Below, one piece after another: positions 38,509-49,829 of a DNA stretch of 64,000 nucleotides. The stretch's first letter is position 1. Each line of letters starts with the position of its first letter. Below the pieces are notes generated by a model. The model searched no databases and was not told where the DNA came from. It was given only the letters and a program-made list of their open reading frames with translations. The position numbers were made by a program, and so were the translations under genes. Source of the stretch: Gammaproteobacteria bacterium (GTDB taxonomy: Bacteria > Pseudomonadota > Gammaproteobacteria > UBA4575); the NCBI GenBank assembly GCA_965205685.1, contig OZ242174.1, forward strand, positions 5,219 to 69,218, in the 5' to 3' direction.

Positions 38509-40260
38509 ATGCAAGCCCAAATCTCGAAACTGCTAGCTGCCGCGGTATCCAGTCTACAAGATGCAGGAGATTTGCCTGCCGACACGAACATTGCTGTTCA
38601 GGTTACTCGCAGCAAAGATGGCACGCATGGCGATTTTGCCTCCAATTTGGCGCTCCAGCTGTCTAAAGCTGCCAAGGTGCCGGCACGTACACTAGCTGAA
38701 AAAATTGCAGCACATATTCCGGAGGACTCCAGCATCGCTAGAGTTGAGATTGCAGGCCCCGGATTTATAAATTTTTATTTACACACCAACCATGACGCAG
38801 GAATACTGCGCCAAATCCTTCAAACTAAGGAGGGTTTTGGCCGTAACAGAGCACATACGGGCAGGAAGATACTGATCGAATTTGTCTCGGCCAATCCTAC
38901 CGGGCCCCTGCATGTCGGCCATGGACGAGGAGCCGCTTACGGGGCATCCATTGCCCACCTCCTAGAGGCCGTAGGCCACCAGGTACAGCGTGAATACTAT
39001 ATAAACGATACAGGCCGCCAGATGGATATCCTGGCTGTTTCCGTGTGGCTCAGGTACCTAGAGCTTTGTGGACAGACCCTGCATTTCCCTGACAATGCCT
39101 ACCAAGGCGACTATATTTGGGATATTGCGGCATCTGTGCACCGTGAGCACGAGCATGCCTTCTTCCATCCTGCAGAGGCCCTGGATTTGCAATCTGGCAA
39201 CCACACCGATGGAAAAGTGGATGCAGAAAGTCACATCGATACGGTTATCGACAAGGCAAAAAATCTACTTACAGAAGACGACTACAAGACGTTGCTTGAC
39301 TATGCACTCGGTACGCTGACACGTGACATCCAGAACGATCTGGAATTATTTGCTGTTACCTTCGATCAATGGTATTCCGAGCAGTCATTAGGTCAGGCAA
39401 GAATACAGGAAGCTCTCGACACCTTGACGAGAAATGGACACACCTACCAAAAGGACGGTGCACTATTGTTCAACAGTACAGCATTCGGCGACGAGAAAGA
39501 CCGCGTGCTGATACGAAAAAACGGCAAGGCTACTTATTTTGCCTCCGACATTGCTTACCATCTGGACAAGTATGATCGCAACTTCGATCAACTGATCAAC
39601 ATCTGGGGCGCAGATCACCACGGCTATATGGCTCGAATCCGGGCCGCCTTGCAGGCACTTGGCAAAGACACTGGTCGTTTGCAGATCCTGCTCGTACAGT
39701 TTGCCAATCTTTATGAGAATGGTGAAAGGCTTCCCATGTCCACGCGCTCTGGAGAATTCGTTACCTTGCGGCAATTGCGCAAACAGATTGGAAAAGATGC
39801 CGCACGGTTTTTCTATGTAATGCGAAAATGTGAACAACACCTGGATTTTGATTTAGATCTGGCGACCTCAAAAACCCATGACAATCCCGTATATTACGTG
39901 CAGTATGCGCATGCCAGAATTTGCAGTATCTTGAAACAAGGCTCGACCCCGTTACAGGATGAAATCCTGGCCGATATCGATGATGAGCTGCTGGCTTCGG
40001 AACAGGAAAAAAGCCTGGTGAAGCAACTGGCGCAGTTCCCGGAAAGTGTACAGGTAGCAGCCGACCAGTTAGCGCCGCATATTGTCGTCAATTACCTACG
40101 CGAGCTTGCAAGTTCCTTTCATCGTTTTTATAACGCGCATCAAGTTCTTGTGCCTGAACCTGAAATGCGGAATGCACGACTCAAGCTGATCCGGGCCACA
40201 CAAATTGTACTCGAAAATGGTCTGAAACTGCTTGATGTAAGTGCGCCTGAGCAAATGTAG
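38509..40260 (+). CDS. argS: arginine--tRNA ligase
   Basis: ORF 38467..40260. The ATG at 38509 aligns with the E. coli ArgS N-terminus. ANPTGPLHVGHGR (HIGH) and MSTRSG (KMSK-like) motifs. Confidence 0.95.
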   Translation: MQAQISKLLAAAVSSLQDAGDLPADTNIAVQVTRSKDGTHGDFASNLALQLSKAAKVPARTLAEKIAAHIPEDSSIARVEIAGPGFINFYLHTNHDAGILRQILQTKEGFGRNRAHTGRKILIEFVSANPTGPLHVGHGRGAAYGASIAHLLEAVGHQVQREYYINDTGRQMDILAVSVWLRYLELCGQTLHFPDNAYQGDYIWDIAASVHREHEHAFFHPAEALDLQSGNHTDGKVDAESHIDTVIDKAKNLLTEDDYKTLLDYALGTLTRDIQNDLELFAVTFDQWYSEQSLGQARIQEALDTLTRNGHTYQKDGALLFNSTAFGDEKDRVLIRKNGKATYFASDIAYHLDKYDRNFDQLINIWGADHHGYMARIRAALQALGKDTGRLQILLVQFANLYENGERLPMSTRSGEFVTLRQLRKQIGKDAARFFYVMRKCEQHLDFDLDLATSKTHDNPVYYVQYAHARICSILKQGSTPLQDEILADIDDELLASEQEKSLVKQLAQFPESVQVAADQLAPHIVVNYLRELASSFHRFYNAHQVLVPEPEMRNARLKLIRATQIVLENGLKLLDVSAPEQM

Positions 40261-40268
40261 AGGTAAAT

Positions 40269-40808
40269 GTGCCTGTTAGGAAGAAAAAAAGATCAACCCG
40301 ATCGTCAAGCTCCGTACCGGCCTGGGCCTGGCTGGCACTTGGTATTGTGATCGGTATTGGTATCGCCATGCTGATTGACATCGACGGCTGGTATGTGGAC
40401 AAGGACAAGGCCCAGTCTGTTGCGCAAGAAGCAGGAAAAACTGCTGAGCCACCAATAAAACGAAACTTCGATTTCTATACATTGCTGCCTGAATTGGAAA
40501 TCATCATCCCACAAGAAGAAACAGGCTTGCCCGACAAGCAGCCTGCCAAACAAACCACACCCCCGACACACCAGGGCGGGTATTTGCTGCAGGCAGGCTC
40601 ATTCAAAAGCTTTAACGATGCAGACAGCCTGAAGGCGCGGCTGGCATTGTTGGGCATAGAGGCCAACGTTCAATCTGTAGATGTGAACAATACCCAGTGG
40701 CATCGGGTTCGTGTTGGACCCTCAAGCGACCGGCAGGCGCTGGAACAAATAAGGATGCGTCTGCGCACCCATCAGATCGATACGATTTTGATGCAGGCAA
40801 AACAATAG
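40269..40808 (+). CDS. SPOR-domain protein (cell-division associated, FtsN/DedD-like)
   Basis: 179 aa. N-terminal TM helix and C-terminal SPOR repeat (YLLQAGSFKSFNDADSLKARL...WHRVRVGP). Confidence 0.85.
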   Translation: MPVRKKKRSTRSSSSVPAWAWLALGIVIGIGIAMLIDIDGWYVDKDKAQSVAQEAGKTAEPPIKRNFDFYTLLPELEIIIPQEETGLPDKQPAKQTTPPTHQGGYLLQAGSFKSFNDADSLKARLALLGIEANVQSVDVNNTQWHRVRVGPSSDRQALEQIRMRLRTHQIDTILMQAKQ

Positions 40809-40830
40809 CTAGACAAGGAGTATCCTATCG

Positions 40831-42678
40831 CTACTTCTCCATGGAGTCGTACATAGCTTCTATGTCGTCTGCAAACAACTTTATCAGCTGATTTCTTCTA
40901 GTTTTTAGGGTCGGAGTAAGCAAGTTGTTCTCGGTAGTCCAAGGCTCCAGATAGATACCCGCCCTGCGTACCTGGGCATATCCTGGAAATTCTTTCAGAC
41001 AACCAGCCAAACGCTGCATCACATATTTGTGTACAGAGGCATCCTGCAGATTTTCCTGTATTCCACTGCTCAACCCCATGGATTCAGCAAGAGAATTCCA
41101 TTCCGTCTCGTTTAACACGAGAAGTGCAGACAGAAAAGGCCGCCCTTCACCCAGTATCATGGCCTGGTCAAACAAAGGGTCAGCACAAATCGCAGTCTCC
41201 ATGTCCTGGGGGGACACTTTCTCGGCATTTGCCAAGACAATAATATCCTTGATCCTGCCCGTGATATACAAATAGCCCTCATCCGTGATATGTGCGATAT
41301 CGCCGGTGTGTAGCCAACCTTCGGTGTCAATCATCTGTTCAGTTGCCTGTTTGTTGCCATAGTACCCAAGCATCACACAGTCGCTGCGAGTACACAGTTC
41401 ACCTTCTTTTGTAAGTTTCACCTCAACACCGGGCAAGGCCTTGCCAACGCTAAAAGGGTCATTGGCATCAGGCCGCCCTACGCTGATCACCGGACTGCTT
41501 TCTGTCATCCCATAGCCTTGGTACACCGGAATACCGAGACTGACAAAAAATTTCGTGATTGTCTTATCCAGTGCAGCACCACCAACAATGGCATACCGCA
41601 ACCTGCCACCCAGCCTTTGTTTGATCTTTGCGGCTACCAAGCGATCCATCATCGGCCATAACAGCAGGCTCCAATGCCACCCTGCCCTACCTAATTTGAA
41701 CTGGAGATATCGCCAGCCGATTCGCTGCGCCCACGCAAACATTTTTTTCCTAGGATAGGGTAACTGCGCTGCCTGACTTAAAATCCTTGTAAAAATGATC
41801 TCGTAAATCCGTGGCACTGACACAAACACGGTTGGACGGACTTCCTGTATGTCTTCACCCAGTTGCTGTATTGAACGGGCAAAGCACACTTTCGAGCTGG
41901 CCATCATGGGCATGAAACAGCCTGCTGTACGTTCCATCGAATGTGATAACGGAAGAAAGGATAAAAACACGTCTTTTTCGAAAATGTCTGCGCACTGCAA
42001 AGCCGCAGAGGCATTCGAAAGGATATTCCGATGGCTGAGCATCACCCCTTTGGGGCGTCCCGTTGTGCCTGAGGTATAGATAATCGTGGCGAGTTCGCTG
42101 CCATCCAAGTCCTCTGGCTGATACTCGACATCAATGTCATGGTCGATCCAGTCCTGCATATGCACCAGACAGGAGTCGTGATCTGGCACTTTCGAAATTG
42201 GAGCAACACTGATCACGCATTGCAGTGCTCTTCGGATACTCTCAATTTGCGACAGTTGCCGCCACTGGCGCGGGTTCTGAACAAGCATCGCTTTGATGCC
42301 AGCATTTTGGACAATGTAGGCCACATTTTCCGCTCGGTCATTCGTGTACAAAGGCACTGTGACCAAGCCAAGACCTAGTGCAGCCACATCAAAAATGACC
42401 CATTCCGGGCAATTGCGCAACATGATGGCTACACGGTCGCCCTTAACAATTGCCCTGCTCCGCAGCCCTGCCTGGATCCTTGCTGCAAACTGCGCCACCT
42501 GCTCCCAAGTCAGGCTTTCCCAAGCATTTTTCTCGTCATCGTAAAAGCCATAGGCCTGCGAATGTGGAGAACGCATCACACGTTCATAGAACAAGCCGGG
42601 AAGGGTCTTCGCAGTTTCAGGAGCAATGTAGTCAGTGTCATTCATTTGTAAAAGCACTCTAGCACTTGCTTTGTACAT
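40831..42678 (-). CDS. AMP-dependent long-chain acyl-CoA synthetase/ligase
   Basis: 615 aa. AMP-binding motif IIYTSGTTGRPKGV and GWLHTGD. Confidence 0.88.
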   Translation of the reverse strand: MYKASARVLLQMNDTDYIAPETAKTLPGLFYERVMRSPHSQAYGFYDDEKNAWESLTWEQVAQFAARIQAGLRSRAIVKGDRVAIMLRNCPEWVIFDVAALGLGLVTVPLYTNDRAENVAYIVQNAGIKAMLVQNPRQWRQLSQIESIRRALQCVISVAPISKVPDHDSCLVHMQDWIDHDIDVEYQPEDLDGSELATIIYTSGTTGRPKGVMLSHRNILSNASAALQCADIFEKDVFLSFLPLSHSMERTAGCFMPMMASSKVCFARSIQQLGEDIQEVRPTVFVSVPRIYEIIFTRILSQAAQLPYPRKKMFAWAQRIGWRYLQFKLGRAGWHWSLLLWPMMDRLVAAKIKQRLGGRLRYAIVGGAALDKTITKFFVSLGIPVYQGYGMTESSPVISVGRPDANDPFSVGKALPGVEVKLTKEGELCTRSDCVMLGYYGNKQATEQMIDTEGWLHTGDIAHITDEGYLYITGRIKDIIVLANAEKVSPQDMETAICADPLFDQAMILGEGRPFLSALLVLNETEWNSLAESMGLSSGIQENLQDASVHKYVMQRLAGCLKEFPGYAQVRRAGIYLEPWTTENNLLTPTLKTRRNQLIKLFADDIEAMYDSMEK

Positions 42679-42816
42679 GGACAGCGACGTTGCAATTACT
42701 TTTTCTTATGGCAGCCATCTTACACCTCACAAACCCCAGGCGCTGCTGTGTCCTAGCTTGATTTACCCCCAGTACCCCTTTATATAGTAAGAGCAACATG
42801 TATTTGTAGTTTGAGT

Positions 42817-43866
42817 ATGCTAGACACGTCATTCGAAACCACCGTACCTCAGCAGGACATCCCTGAGACAGCGGTTGTCCAGGCAAGCTTGCCGGTGTAC
42901 TCCGCGAAGCAGAGAAAAGAAAAAATTGACCGCATCAAATTTCTGCTCCAGAAAGAAAATGCGGTATTGATTGCACATTATTACACCCATGAAACCCTGC
43001 AAAGGATTGCAGAAGAGACGGGGGGCTACGTTTCTGACTCACTGGAAATGGCACGATTTGGCAGTCGTCACAACGCCACCACGTTAATCGTGGCTGGAGT
43101 TCGCTTCATGGGCGAAACAGCTAAGATACTCAACCCTGAGAAACGGGTTTTGATGCCCACCCTGCAGGCGACCTGTTCGCTCGATCTTGGCTGCCCTGCC
43201 AAGGAATTCAGTGCTTTTTGCGATTTGCACCCGGAGCACGAAGTCGTCGTATATGCCAACACAAGTGCCGAGGTCAAGGCGCGAGCAGACTGGGTCGTTA
43301 CCTCGAGTATTGCCCTGAAAGTGGTTTCCCATCTGATGGATCAGGACAAAAAAATCCTCTGGGCACCGGATCGACATCTCGGTCGCTACATTGAAAAAGT
43401 TACGGGTGCTGACATGATTTCATGGCAGGGAGCCTGTGTCGTGCATGAAGAGTTCAAGGCGCGTGCCCTCGGGGACCTGATTGCAAAGCACCCGGGCGCA
43501 GGTATTCTGGTACATCCAGAATCGCCGGAAGCCGTTATTGAGGCTGCCGATGTTGTCGGTTCGACCACAGCCCTCATCCGGGCAGCCCAAGAATTACCTC
43601 ACCAGTCATTTATCGTAGCTACGGACAATCGCATTTTTTACAAAATGAAAAAGGCCGCACCTGACAAGGTCTTTATCGAGGCCCCTACAGCCGGAGAAGG
43701 AGCCACATGTAAAAGCTGTGCGCATTGTCCTTGGATGGCCATGAACGGGCTACACAATCTTGAGGCAGTACTGGAATCCGGTGAAAACGAGATTCACGTG
43801 GCGGAAGAAATACGCAACAAGGCATACCGTTCTACCCACCGAATGCTCGATTTTGTTGCCAATTGA
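42817..43866 (+). CDS. nadA: quinolinate synthase
   Basis: ORF 42811..43866 (TTG) with an ATG at 42817. LIAHYYT and [12 protein letters not shown] motifs, and a C-terminal Cys ([10 protein letters not shown]). Confidence 0.93.
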   Translation: MLDTSFETTVPQQDIPETAVVQASLPVYSAKQRKEKIDRIKFLLQKENAVLIAHYYTHETLQRIAEETGGYVSDSLEMARFGSRHNATTLIVAGVRFMGETAKILNPEKRVLMPTLQATCSLDLGCPAKEFSAFCDLHPEHEVVVYANTSAEVKARADWVVTSSIALKVVSHLMDQDKKILWAPDRHLGRYIEKVTGADMISWQGACVVHEEFKARALGDLIAKHPGAGILVHPESPEAVIEAADVVGSTTALIRAAQELPHQSFIVATDNRIFYKMKKAAPDKVFIEAPTAGEGATCKSCAHCPWMAMNGLHNLEAVLESGENEIHVAEEIRNKAYRSTHRMLDFVAN

Positions 43867-43985
43867 AGCTCAACTAGAACATCCTTCCATATGACACCGG
43901 CGCATAGTCGCTGGTTTTGGTCCAAGCAGATCTTCCCGCCTGACGAAGGTTTTCCATGCTCAAAAAACAGCAGCAATCGTTTGGG

Positions 43986-44231
43986 TCAGGATCGTTCGTG
44001 GTCTTGTAGTGGTACTTGCAGATAGTACCCATGCTCATGCAGAGCAGCCAAAACCTGCCTGGCATCAGCCTGTGCCAGTTTGCGATCTTTTGTCAGCTCG
44101 AATTCCAATACAAAACCAGGCTTGCCGAAAAGGATCAGAAGCCCCTCCGGGAGAAGATCAAAGCGGTCTTTCTCGCCCAAGTAAAGAAATGTGTCTTCTT
44201 TTTTCAGGCTTTTGTAAACATAGCACTTCAT
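43986..44231 (-). CDS. ycgL: YcgL-domain protein
   Basis: 81 aa. MKCYVYKSLKKEDTFLYL...HGYYLQVP matches YcgL. Confidence 0.8.
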   Translation of the reverse strand: MKCYVYKSLKKEDTFLYLGEKDRFDLLPEGLLILFGKPGFVLEFELTKDRKLAQADARQVLAALHEHGYYLQVPLQDHERS

Positions 44232-44246
44232 GGTGCGTGCCTGTGC

Positions 44247-46166
44247 TCATCCTGAAGACGATGTCAGATAGCTGTTGGCTTGCAGTGCAGTCTCAAGCGT
44301 GTGCAGTGCCTGTTTGACAAGCGGTTTTGGCATGTTCATTTCGGTGAGCCGTGTATGCCAGGTCTTGCGAATTTCTGCAGCGTTGATGTGAACATAGGAC
44401 AACACCTTTTCAGTAGTATCGCCTTGTCGCTGCTCATCCAGTCGATAGCTTCCATCAGCATTCATCTCGACACTTACTGCAAGGGTATCTCCGAACAAAT
44501 TATGTAAGTCTCCTAAAATTTCCTGGTATGCGCCAATTAGAAACATGCCAATCAGGTAGTCCTGTCCCGGGATGAGTGCATGCAGGGATAGGTAAGACTG
44601 GATCGAATCTGCTTCGATGTAGCGATCAATCTGACCATCCGAATCGCAGGTAAGATCATGCAGTCGCACCTGCCGTGTTGGACCCTCGTCCAAACGGTGC
44701 AGGGGCAAAACTGGGAAGAGCTGGTTCAAGCCCCAGATATCCGGAGTTGATCGGAACAAGGAAAAGTTACAGAAATACTTGTCAACCAGATCTTCCTCAA
44801 GATCCTGCCTGCAGTGTGTATCGAGACACTCTTTGTGCCTAGACAGTTGACGATAGGCCTCCTGTGAAATTTTCTCTGCGTAGGCCTTGCTGGTTAAGGA
44901 AAGATCCCCTCGAGAAAAGTCCTGATCAATCCGTTTTGCAGCCCGGACCAGGCTGGTATACGTATGTGGATAGTCGATTTGACTATCTGGCTTTTCCGCA
45001 TCGGATTGAATGCGTCTACATAACCCGACCAACTCCTTGAGCTTTCCTTCTGCAGTTTCCGAATGCTTATTAAAATCCGTAAATGCCTCAGTGGCATTCT
45101 CCTTCCAAAATCCAGCGTCAATTATGTTGGTGACCAATACAGCATGATGTGCTGTCATGGCACGCCCGCTCTCGGTAAAGATAGCAGGTTCAGGCACCTT
45201 GTTTTCCAAGCACGCGGCATGGACAGCACGGATGACGGAGTCGGCATATTCGTCCAGATCGTACTCTCTCGAAAAATATGAATTTGACTGGCTGCCCTCA
45301 TAATCGACAGCCAGACCGCCACCTACGTTCAACTGACTGAGTTGCACTCCGAGTCTGTACAGTTGCACAAAATAACACATGCCTTCTTCAACGCCTTCAC
45401 GGATATGCTTCAGGGAAGGGATCTGGGACCCCATGTGAAAATGCAGCATGCGCATCCACCCAAGTGCCCCGTTTTTCTTTAACTCCTGATGTAGCTGTAT
45501 GACCTGGCCGGCTGTCAAACCAAACTTTGAACGCTTCCCTCCCGTGTTTTGCCATTTTCCGTTTGCGACTGCAGACAGGCGAACCCGCATGCCCAGAGCA
45601 GGTTGAACATTGATTTCCGCTGACAGTTTGAGCACATGTTGGAGTTCAGCCAGACTCTCCAGGACAATAACGACATCATGTCCCAGCAAGCACCCGGTCA
45701 GTGCTAGCCGGATATAGGTCTCATCCTTATAGCCATTACATATTATTGTCTGCGTTTGCATGAGCCCCAGACAGGCTATCAACTCTGCCTTGCTACCCAC
45801 TTCAAAAGCGACAGGGTGCTGATTTTGCAGGCTAAAATGTTGAATCACTGATGCTTGTTGATTTACCTTGATTGGGTAAGCTGCAACATAGTCACCGACA
45901 TACTCACAGGAAGTCATGGCTTTCTTGAATGCGGAATGCAACCTGTCTAACATGCGTTGCAGGATGTGCGGGAAACGCAGCAGAATTGGAAATTCCATTC
46001 CCCTGTCTTTGAGGTCTTGACTCAGTGCATACAGGTCGAGTTCACAATCGCCCGCCTTGGTACTGACATGGCCCACCTCGTTTATGTCGAAAAAACCCAT
46101 TCCCCAGCTGGTAATCCGGTAATGAACCTTGGCATCAGCAACACCCCAATGCTTACGGATTTTCAC
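44247..46166 (-). CDS. speA: biosynthetic arginine decarboxylase
   Basis: 639 aa, GTG start. PLP-dependent group IV decarboxylase motifs (YPIKVNQ, GGGLAVDYEG). Confidence 0.95.
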   Translation of the reverse strand: MKIRKHWGVADAKVHYRITSWGMGFFDINEVGHVSTKAGDCELDLYALSQDLKDRGMEFPILLRFPHILQRMLDRLHSAFKKAMTSCEYVGDYVAAYPIKVNQQASVIQHFSLQNQHPVAFEVGSKAELIACLGLMQTQTIICNGYKDETYIRLALTGCLLGHDVVIVLESLAELQHVLKLSAEINVQPALGMRVRLSAVANGKWQNTGGKRSKFGLTAGQVIQLHQELKKNGALGWMRMLHFHMGSQIPSLKHIREGVEEGMCYFVQLYRLGVQLSQLNVGGGLAVDYEGSQSNSYFSREYDLDEYADSVIRAVHAACLENKVPEPAIFTESGRAMTAHHAVLVTNIIDAGFWKENATEAFTDFNKHSETAEGKLKELVGLCRRIQSDAEKPDSQIDYPHTYTSLVRAAKRIDQDFSRGDLSLTSKAYAEKISQEAYRQLSRHKECLDTHCRQDLEEDLVDKYFCNFSLFRSTPDIWGLNQLFPVLPLHRLDEGPTRQVRLHDLTCDSDGQIDRYIEADSIQSYLSLHALIPGQDYLIGMFLIGAYQEILGDLHNLFGDTLAVSVEMNADGSYRLDEQRQGDTTEKVLSYVHINAAEIRKTWHTRLTEMNMPKPLVKQALHTLETALQANSYLTSSSG

Positions 46167-46250
46167 AGCAATAACGTATGATCTGTTTGTTTGCTAACTG
46201 AAGCTGCCCGCTTTATCGCACCTGCAACTTTTCTTCAATTACATATTCAC

Positions 46251-47096
46251 GTGCTGGACAAGAGGAAAAAATGGCTTACCGAAGCCTGCACAGAATGTGG
46301 CACAGCGCTTTCGTTCGAGATCAAGGAGAAACTTCACCAAGAACAGACACCTTTTCAGAAAATAGAAATCTACTCCACCAAAAGCTTCGGCATGCTGATG
46401 ATGATAGACGGTTTCGTCATGCTAACGGAACGTGACAACTTTATATACCATGAAATGCTGACTCACCCGGTCATGTTTAGTCATCCAGATCCAGTAACCG
46501 TGGTCATTGCGGGAGGGGGAGATTGCGGCAGCTTGTGTGAAGTGGCAAAACATTCCTGTGTACAGAATATTTTCCAGGTCGAAATTGACGAGCGGGTTAC
46601 CCGGTTGTCGGAGAAGTATTTTCCTGCCTTGTGCAAAGCCAATAACGATCCCCGTATCGAATTCATTTTCGAGGATGCTATCAAGTGGTTCCAAGGGAAG
46701 GAATCCAGCTCAGTGGATATTATCATCGTGGACAGTACAGATCCGGTTGGTCCTGCTGAGGGCCTCTTCTCTACACCCTTTTATGGAGATTGTTTGCGCA
46801 CACTCAAGCCCGAAGGCCTACTTGTTCAGCAAAGCGAATCTCCCATGGTGCACCTTGAGAGTATCATTCAGCCGATGCATGACTCGATGCAGTCTGCCGG
46901 ATTTTCGAGTATCGACCTTGTCTATTTTCCACAACCCTGCTACCCGACGGGGTGGTGGAGTGCTACGGTTGCAAGTAAATCTGGCCAGCTTTCCTTTGCC
47001 CGCGAGAAGTCTGCCAGGCAATTAGAGTTTCAAACCCGGTATTACAACCATGCAGTGCACCTTGCTTGCTTTGCAATACCGCAGTTCATGAAGTAA
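46251..47096 (+). CDS. speE: spermidine synthase
   Basis: ORF 46191..47096 (TTG). The GTG at 46251 gives an N-terminus co-linear with E. coli SpeE. TERDNFIYHEMLTH and IAGGGDCG motifs. Start codon uncertain. Confidence 0.9.
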   Translation: MLDKRKKWLTEACTECGTALSFEIKEKLHQEQTPFQKIEIYSTKSFGMLMMIDGFVMLTERDNFIYHEMLTHPVMFSHPDPVTVVIAGGGDCGSLCEVAKHSCVQNIFQVEIDERVTRLSEKYFPALCKANNDPRIEFIFEDAIKWFQGKESSSVDIIIVDSTDPVGPAEGLFSTPFYGDCLRTLKPEGLLVQQSESPMVHLESIIQPMHDSMQSAGFSSIDLVYFPQPCYPTGWWSATVASKSGQLSFAREKSARQLEFQTRYYNHAVHLACFAIPQFMK

Positions 47097-47117
47097 GAGG
47101 TAGGGAATACGAACAAA

Positions 47118-47146
47118 AAAAGCGCCCCCTAAGAGGGGGCGCTTTG
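47118..47146. terminator. bidirectional rho-independent terminator between speE and amtB
   Basis: Perfect 10-bp GC-rich stem AGCGCCCCCT (47121-47130) / AGGGGGCGCT (47134-47143) with a 3-nt loop, flanked by an A-run upstream and TTT downstream. Confidence 0.8.
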
Positions 47147-47167
47147 ACCTACAAGACTTTCCAAGGC

Positions 47168-48433
47168 CTATTCGATCACAAACTCTGGATAAGCCTCCAT
47201 GCCACACTCTGAAATGTCTGCACCCTGCATCTCTTCTTCCTCACTGATGCGTAGTCCCATGACTGCTTTGATCACGCCCCAGATGATCAGGCTGGACAGA
47301 AATACCCAGACAAATATTGTGGCAGCTCCAAGCAACTGGCCGCTGAATGTCACGTCAGGATTGGTGAGCGGTACGGCAAGCAGTCCCCACAATCCAACGG
47401 TTCCATGCACGGAAATCGCCCCTACCGGATCGTCTATCCGGATCCTATCCAGCAGTACAATAGACAACACTACGAGAACCCCACCTGCCGCACCAATCAG
47501 GCTTGCTATCAGGGCAGAAGGAGTAGACGGTTCTGCCGTAATAGCCACCAAACCAGCCAGCGCACCGTTCAGGGCCATGGTTAGATCAGCCTTACCAAAC
47601 CAAAGACGTGCAGTGATCAAAGCTGCCATCAGCCCGCCTGCAGCGGCTGTATTGGTGTTCAAGAACACCATGGCCACCGCATTGGCGCTGGCAGCATCTC
47701 CGAGCTTCAGCACGGAACCGCCATTGAAGCCGAACCACCCCATCCACAGGATGAATGTCCCCAATGTGGCAAGCGGAAGGTTCGCACCCGGAATGGCGAC
47801 TACCTTTCCATCGGGCCCATACTTGCCTTTGCGAGCTCCAAGCAACAAGACCCCAGCCAATGCAGCGGTTGCTCCCGCCATATGGACAATGCCCGACCCC
47901 GCAAAGTCGGAGAATCCTGCATCGCCAAGATTGAACCAACCAAAAACATCTTTTCCATTCCAGGTCCAGCTGCCCTCCAGCGGGTAGATGAGTCCGGTGA
48001 ATACCACTACAAACAGCAGAAATGACCACATTTTCATCCGCTCGGCTACAGCACCCGACACTATAGACATGGCTGTTGCAACAAACACGACCTGGAAAAA
48101 GAAGTCCGATGCATCGGAGTACACGGAATCACCGTGGAAACCATTTTCAGCAGACGCCGCCAAAACATCATCCACCAGGCTTTCGCCCCCTGCAATACCA
48201 GATAAGAACAATGTGCCGTCATACATGATCATGTATCCGCAAATCATGTACATGATGCAGGCGATCGAGTACAGCGCTACATTTTTGGTCAGAATCTCAG
48301 CCGTGTTTTTGCTCCGCACAAGCCCTGATTCGAGCATGGAAAAGCCGGCGGCCATCCACATTACCAATGCGCCACACACTAAAAAATAAAAGGTGTCAAT
48401 CGCATATTGCAATTCAAAAATTTGATCAACCAC
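47168..48433 (-). CDS. amtB: ammonium transporter
   Basis: 421 aa, GTG start with an AGGAGG RBS. Amt signatures (DFAGSGIVHM, GAISVHG). Confidence 0.95.
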   Translation of the reverse strand: MVDQIFELQYAIDTFYFLVCGALVMWMAAGFSMLESGLVRSKNTAEILTKNVALYSIACIMYMICGYMIMYDGTLFLSGIAGGESLVDDVLAASAENGFHGDSVYSDASDFFFQVVFVATAMSIVSGAVAERMKMWSFLLFVVVFTGLIYPLEGSWTWNGKDVFGWFNLGDAGFSDFAGSGIVHMAGATAALAGVLLLGARKGKYGPDGKVVAIPGANLPLATLGTFILWMGWFGFNGGSVLKLGDAASANAVAMVFLNTNTAAAGGLMAALITARLWFGKADLTMALNGALAGLVAITAEPSTPSALIASLIGAAGGVLVVLSIVLLDRIRIDDPVGAISVHGTVGLWGLLAVPLTNPDVTFSGQLLGAATIFVWVFLSSLIIWGVIKAVMGLRISEEEEMQGADISECGMEAYPEFVIE

Positions 48434-48461
48434 AACTCCCTCCTAAGGAATCTATTTTTCG

Positions 48462-48869
<408 letters not shown>

Positions 48870-48894
48870 TTATTGATCCGTTGCCACTGTCCCG

Positions 48895-49593
48895 CTACAT
48901 AAGATCAAAGCTGTGATGAATGCTGATATAAGCTTCAGTTTCGTCATTATCATCCTCGCCCTGCAGAATATCGGCATCCGTATGAACAACTGCGGCTGTC
49001 ACTTCAAACCCTGAAACTTCAAGCGAATAACCGAATTCCAGGTAATTTCCCAGAGCTTCGTCTGCGTCATCGGTAAAGTCTCCGTAGGTCAGATACGCTC
49101 CTCCGTATCCCAAGGTCGCTGCAAAAAAACCGTACTCGTCGCCTTTTTCAACCTCTTGACCACCCACGAGCTCTGTAAACACTCCGTTGTACTCACCGTC
49201 CGTGTACTCCAAGTCCAGGGACAAACTGTCGCTGGCCCAGCCGGCATACAGGTTGACTTCGTTGTATTCGTCGTCAAAGTCATCAGAGTACTGGTAACTG
49301 GTAAACCCCGCGCCCAGATACATCCCGCCAGGTAACTCCATGACATACCCCGTGTAGAAATCCTGCTCGATCCCTTCACCTACGTCCGCAATCCAAGTAC
49401 CCAGATAGAATCCACCGGCTTCCAAATCGATACCCCCGTTAGCAACGCCTGAATCTTGTGGAATCCCCCGGAAAATATAGTCGGACAGAATTCCGGCATT
49501 GCCTGTCACACTGATCTCGGCGGTGGCTGACAGAGGGATCATTGGGCTGGCCAGAAGGGCCAGTAACACTACTTTGTTAACCATTTTGCTCAT
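48895..49593 (-). CDS. TorF-family (TIGR02001-like) putative outer-membrane porin
   Basis: ORF 48895..49608. The ATG at 49593 follows a GGAGG RBS. Signal peptide, then ISVTGNAGILSDYIFRGIPQ... typical of this family. Strongly acidic. Confidence 0.8.
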   Translation of the reverse strand: MSKMVNKVVLLALLASPMIPLSATAEISVTGNAGILSDYIFRGIPQDSGVANGGIDLEAGGFYLGTWIADVGEGIEQDFYTGYVMELPGGMYLGAGFTSYQYSDDFDDEYNEVNLYAGWASDSLSLDLEYTDGEYNGVFTELVGGQEVEKGDEYGFFAATLGYGGAYLTYGDFTDDADEALGNYLEFGYSLEVSGFEVTAAVVHTDADILQGEDDNDETEAYISIHHSFDLM

Positions 49594-49632
49594 CGTTTTC
49601 CTCCCCATATCTATGAATTCGATATAGGATTA

Positions 49633-49648
49633 AGCACATACCGTGCCA
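49633..49648 (-). promoter_or_regulatory. candidate sigma-54 (-24/-12) promoter of the porin-glnK-amtB operon
   Basis: The minus strand reads TGGCAC-GGTAT-GTGCT, against the consensus TGGCAC-N5-TTGCW. Lies about 40 nt upstream of the ATG at 49593. Confidence 0.55.
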
Positions 49649-49743
49649 AAATTACCTTCCCCGGAAAAACAATGAATTACGGAAGCCGCGTGGATGCTGA
49701 TCACATCCGGCATGAGAAATAACGCACCTCGCTGAACCCCTGA

Positions 49744-49760
49744 TGCACAGCATCAGTGCA
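49744..49760. promoter_or_regulatory. candidate NtrC enhancer site
   Basis: TGCACAGCATCAGTGCA, a 17-bp dyad resembling the NtrC consensus TGCACC-N5-GGTGCA. Lies about 100 bp upstream of the sigma-54 element. Confidence 0.45.
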
Positions 49761-49829
49761 TTAAAATTTAAACCCGGTATGATACCCTAGTTGAGTTTGT
49801 ACCTTAGAAAAGAAAAGGAGTATTTAGCT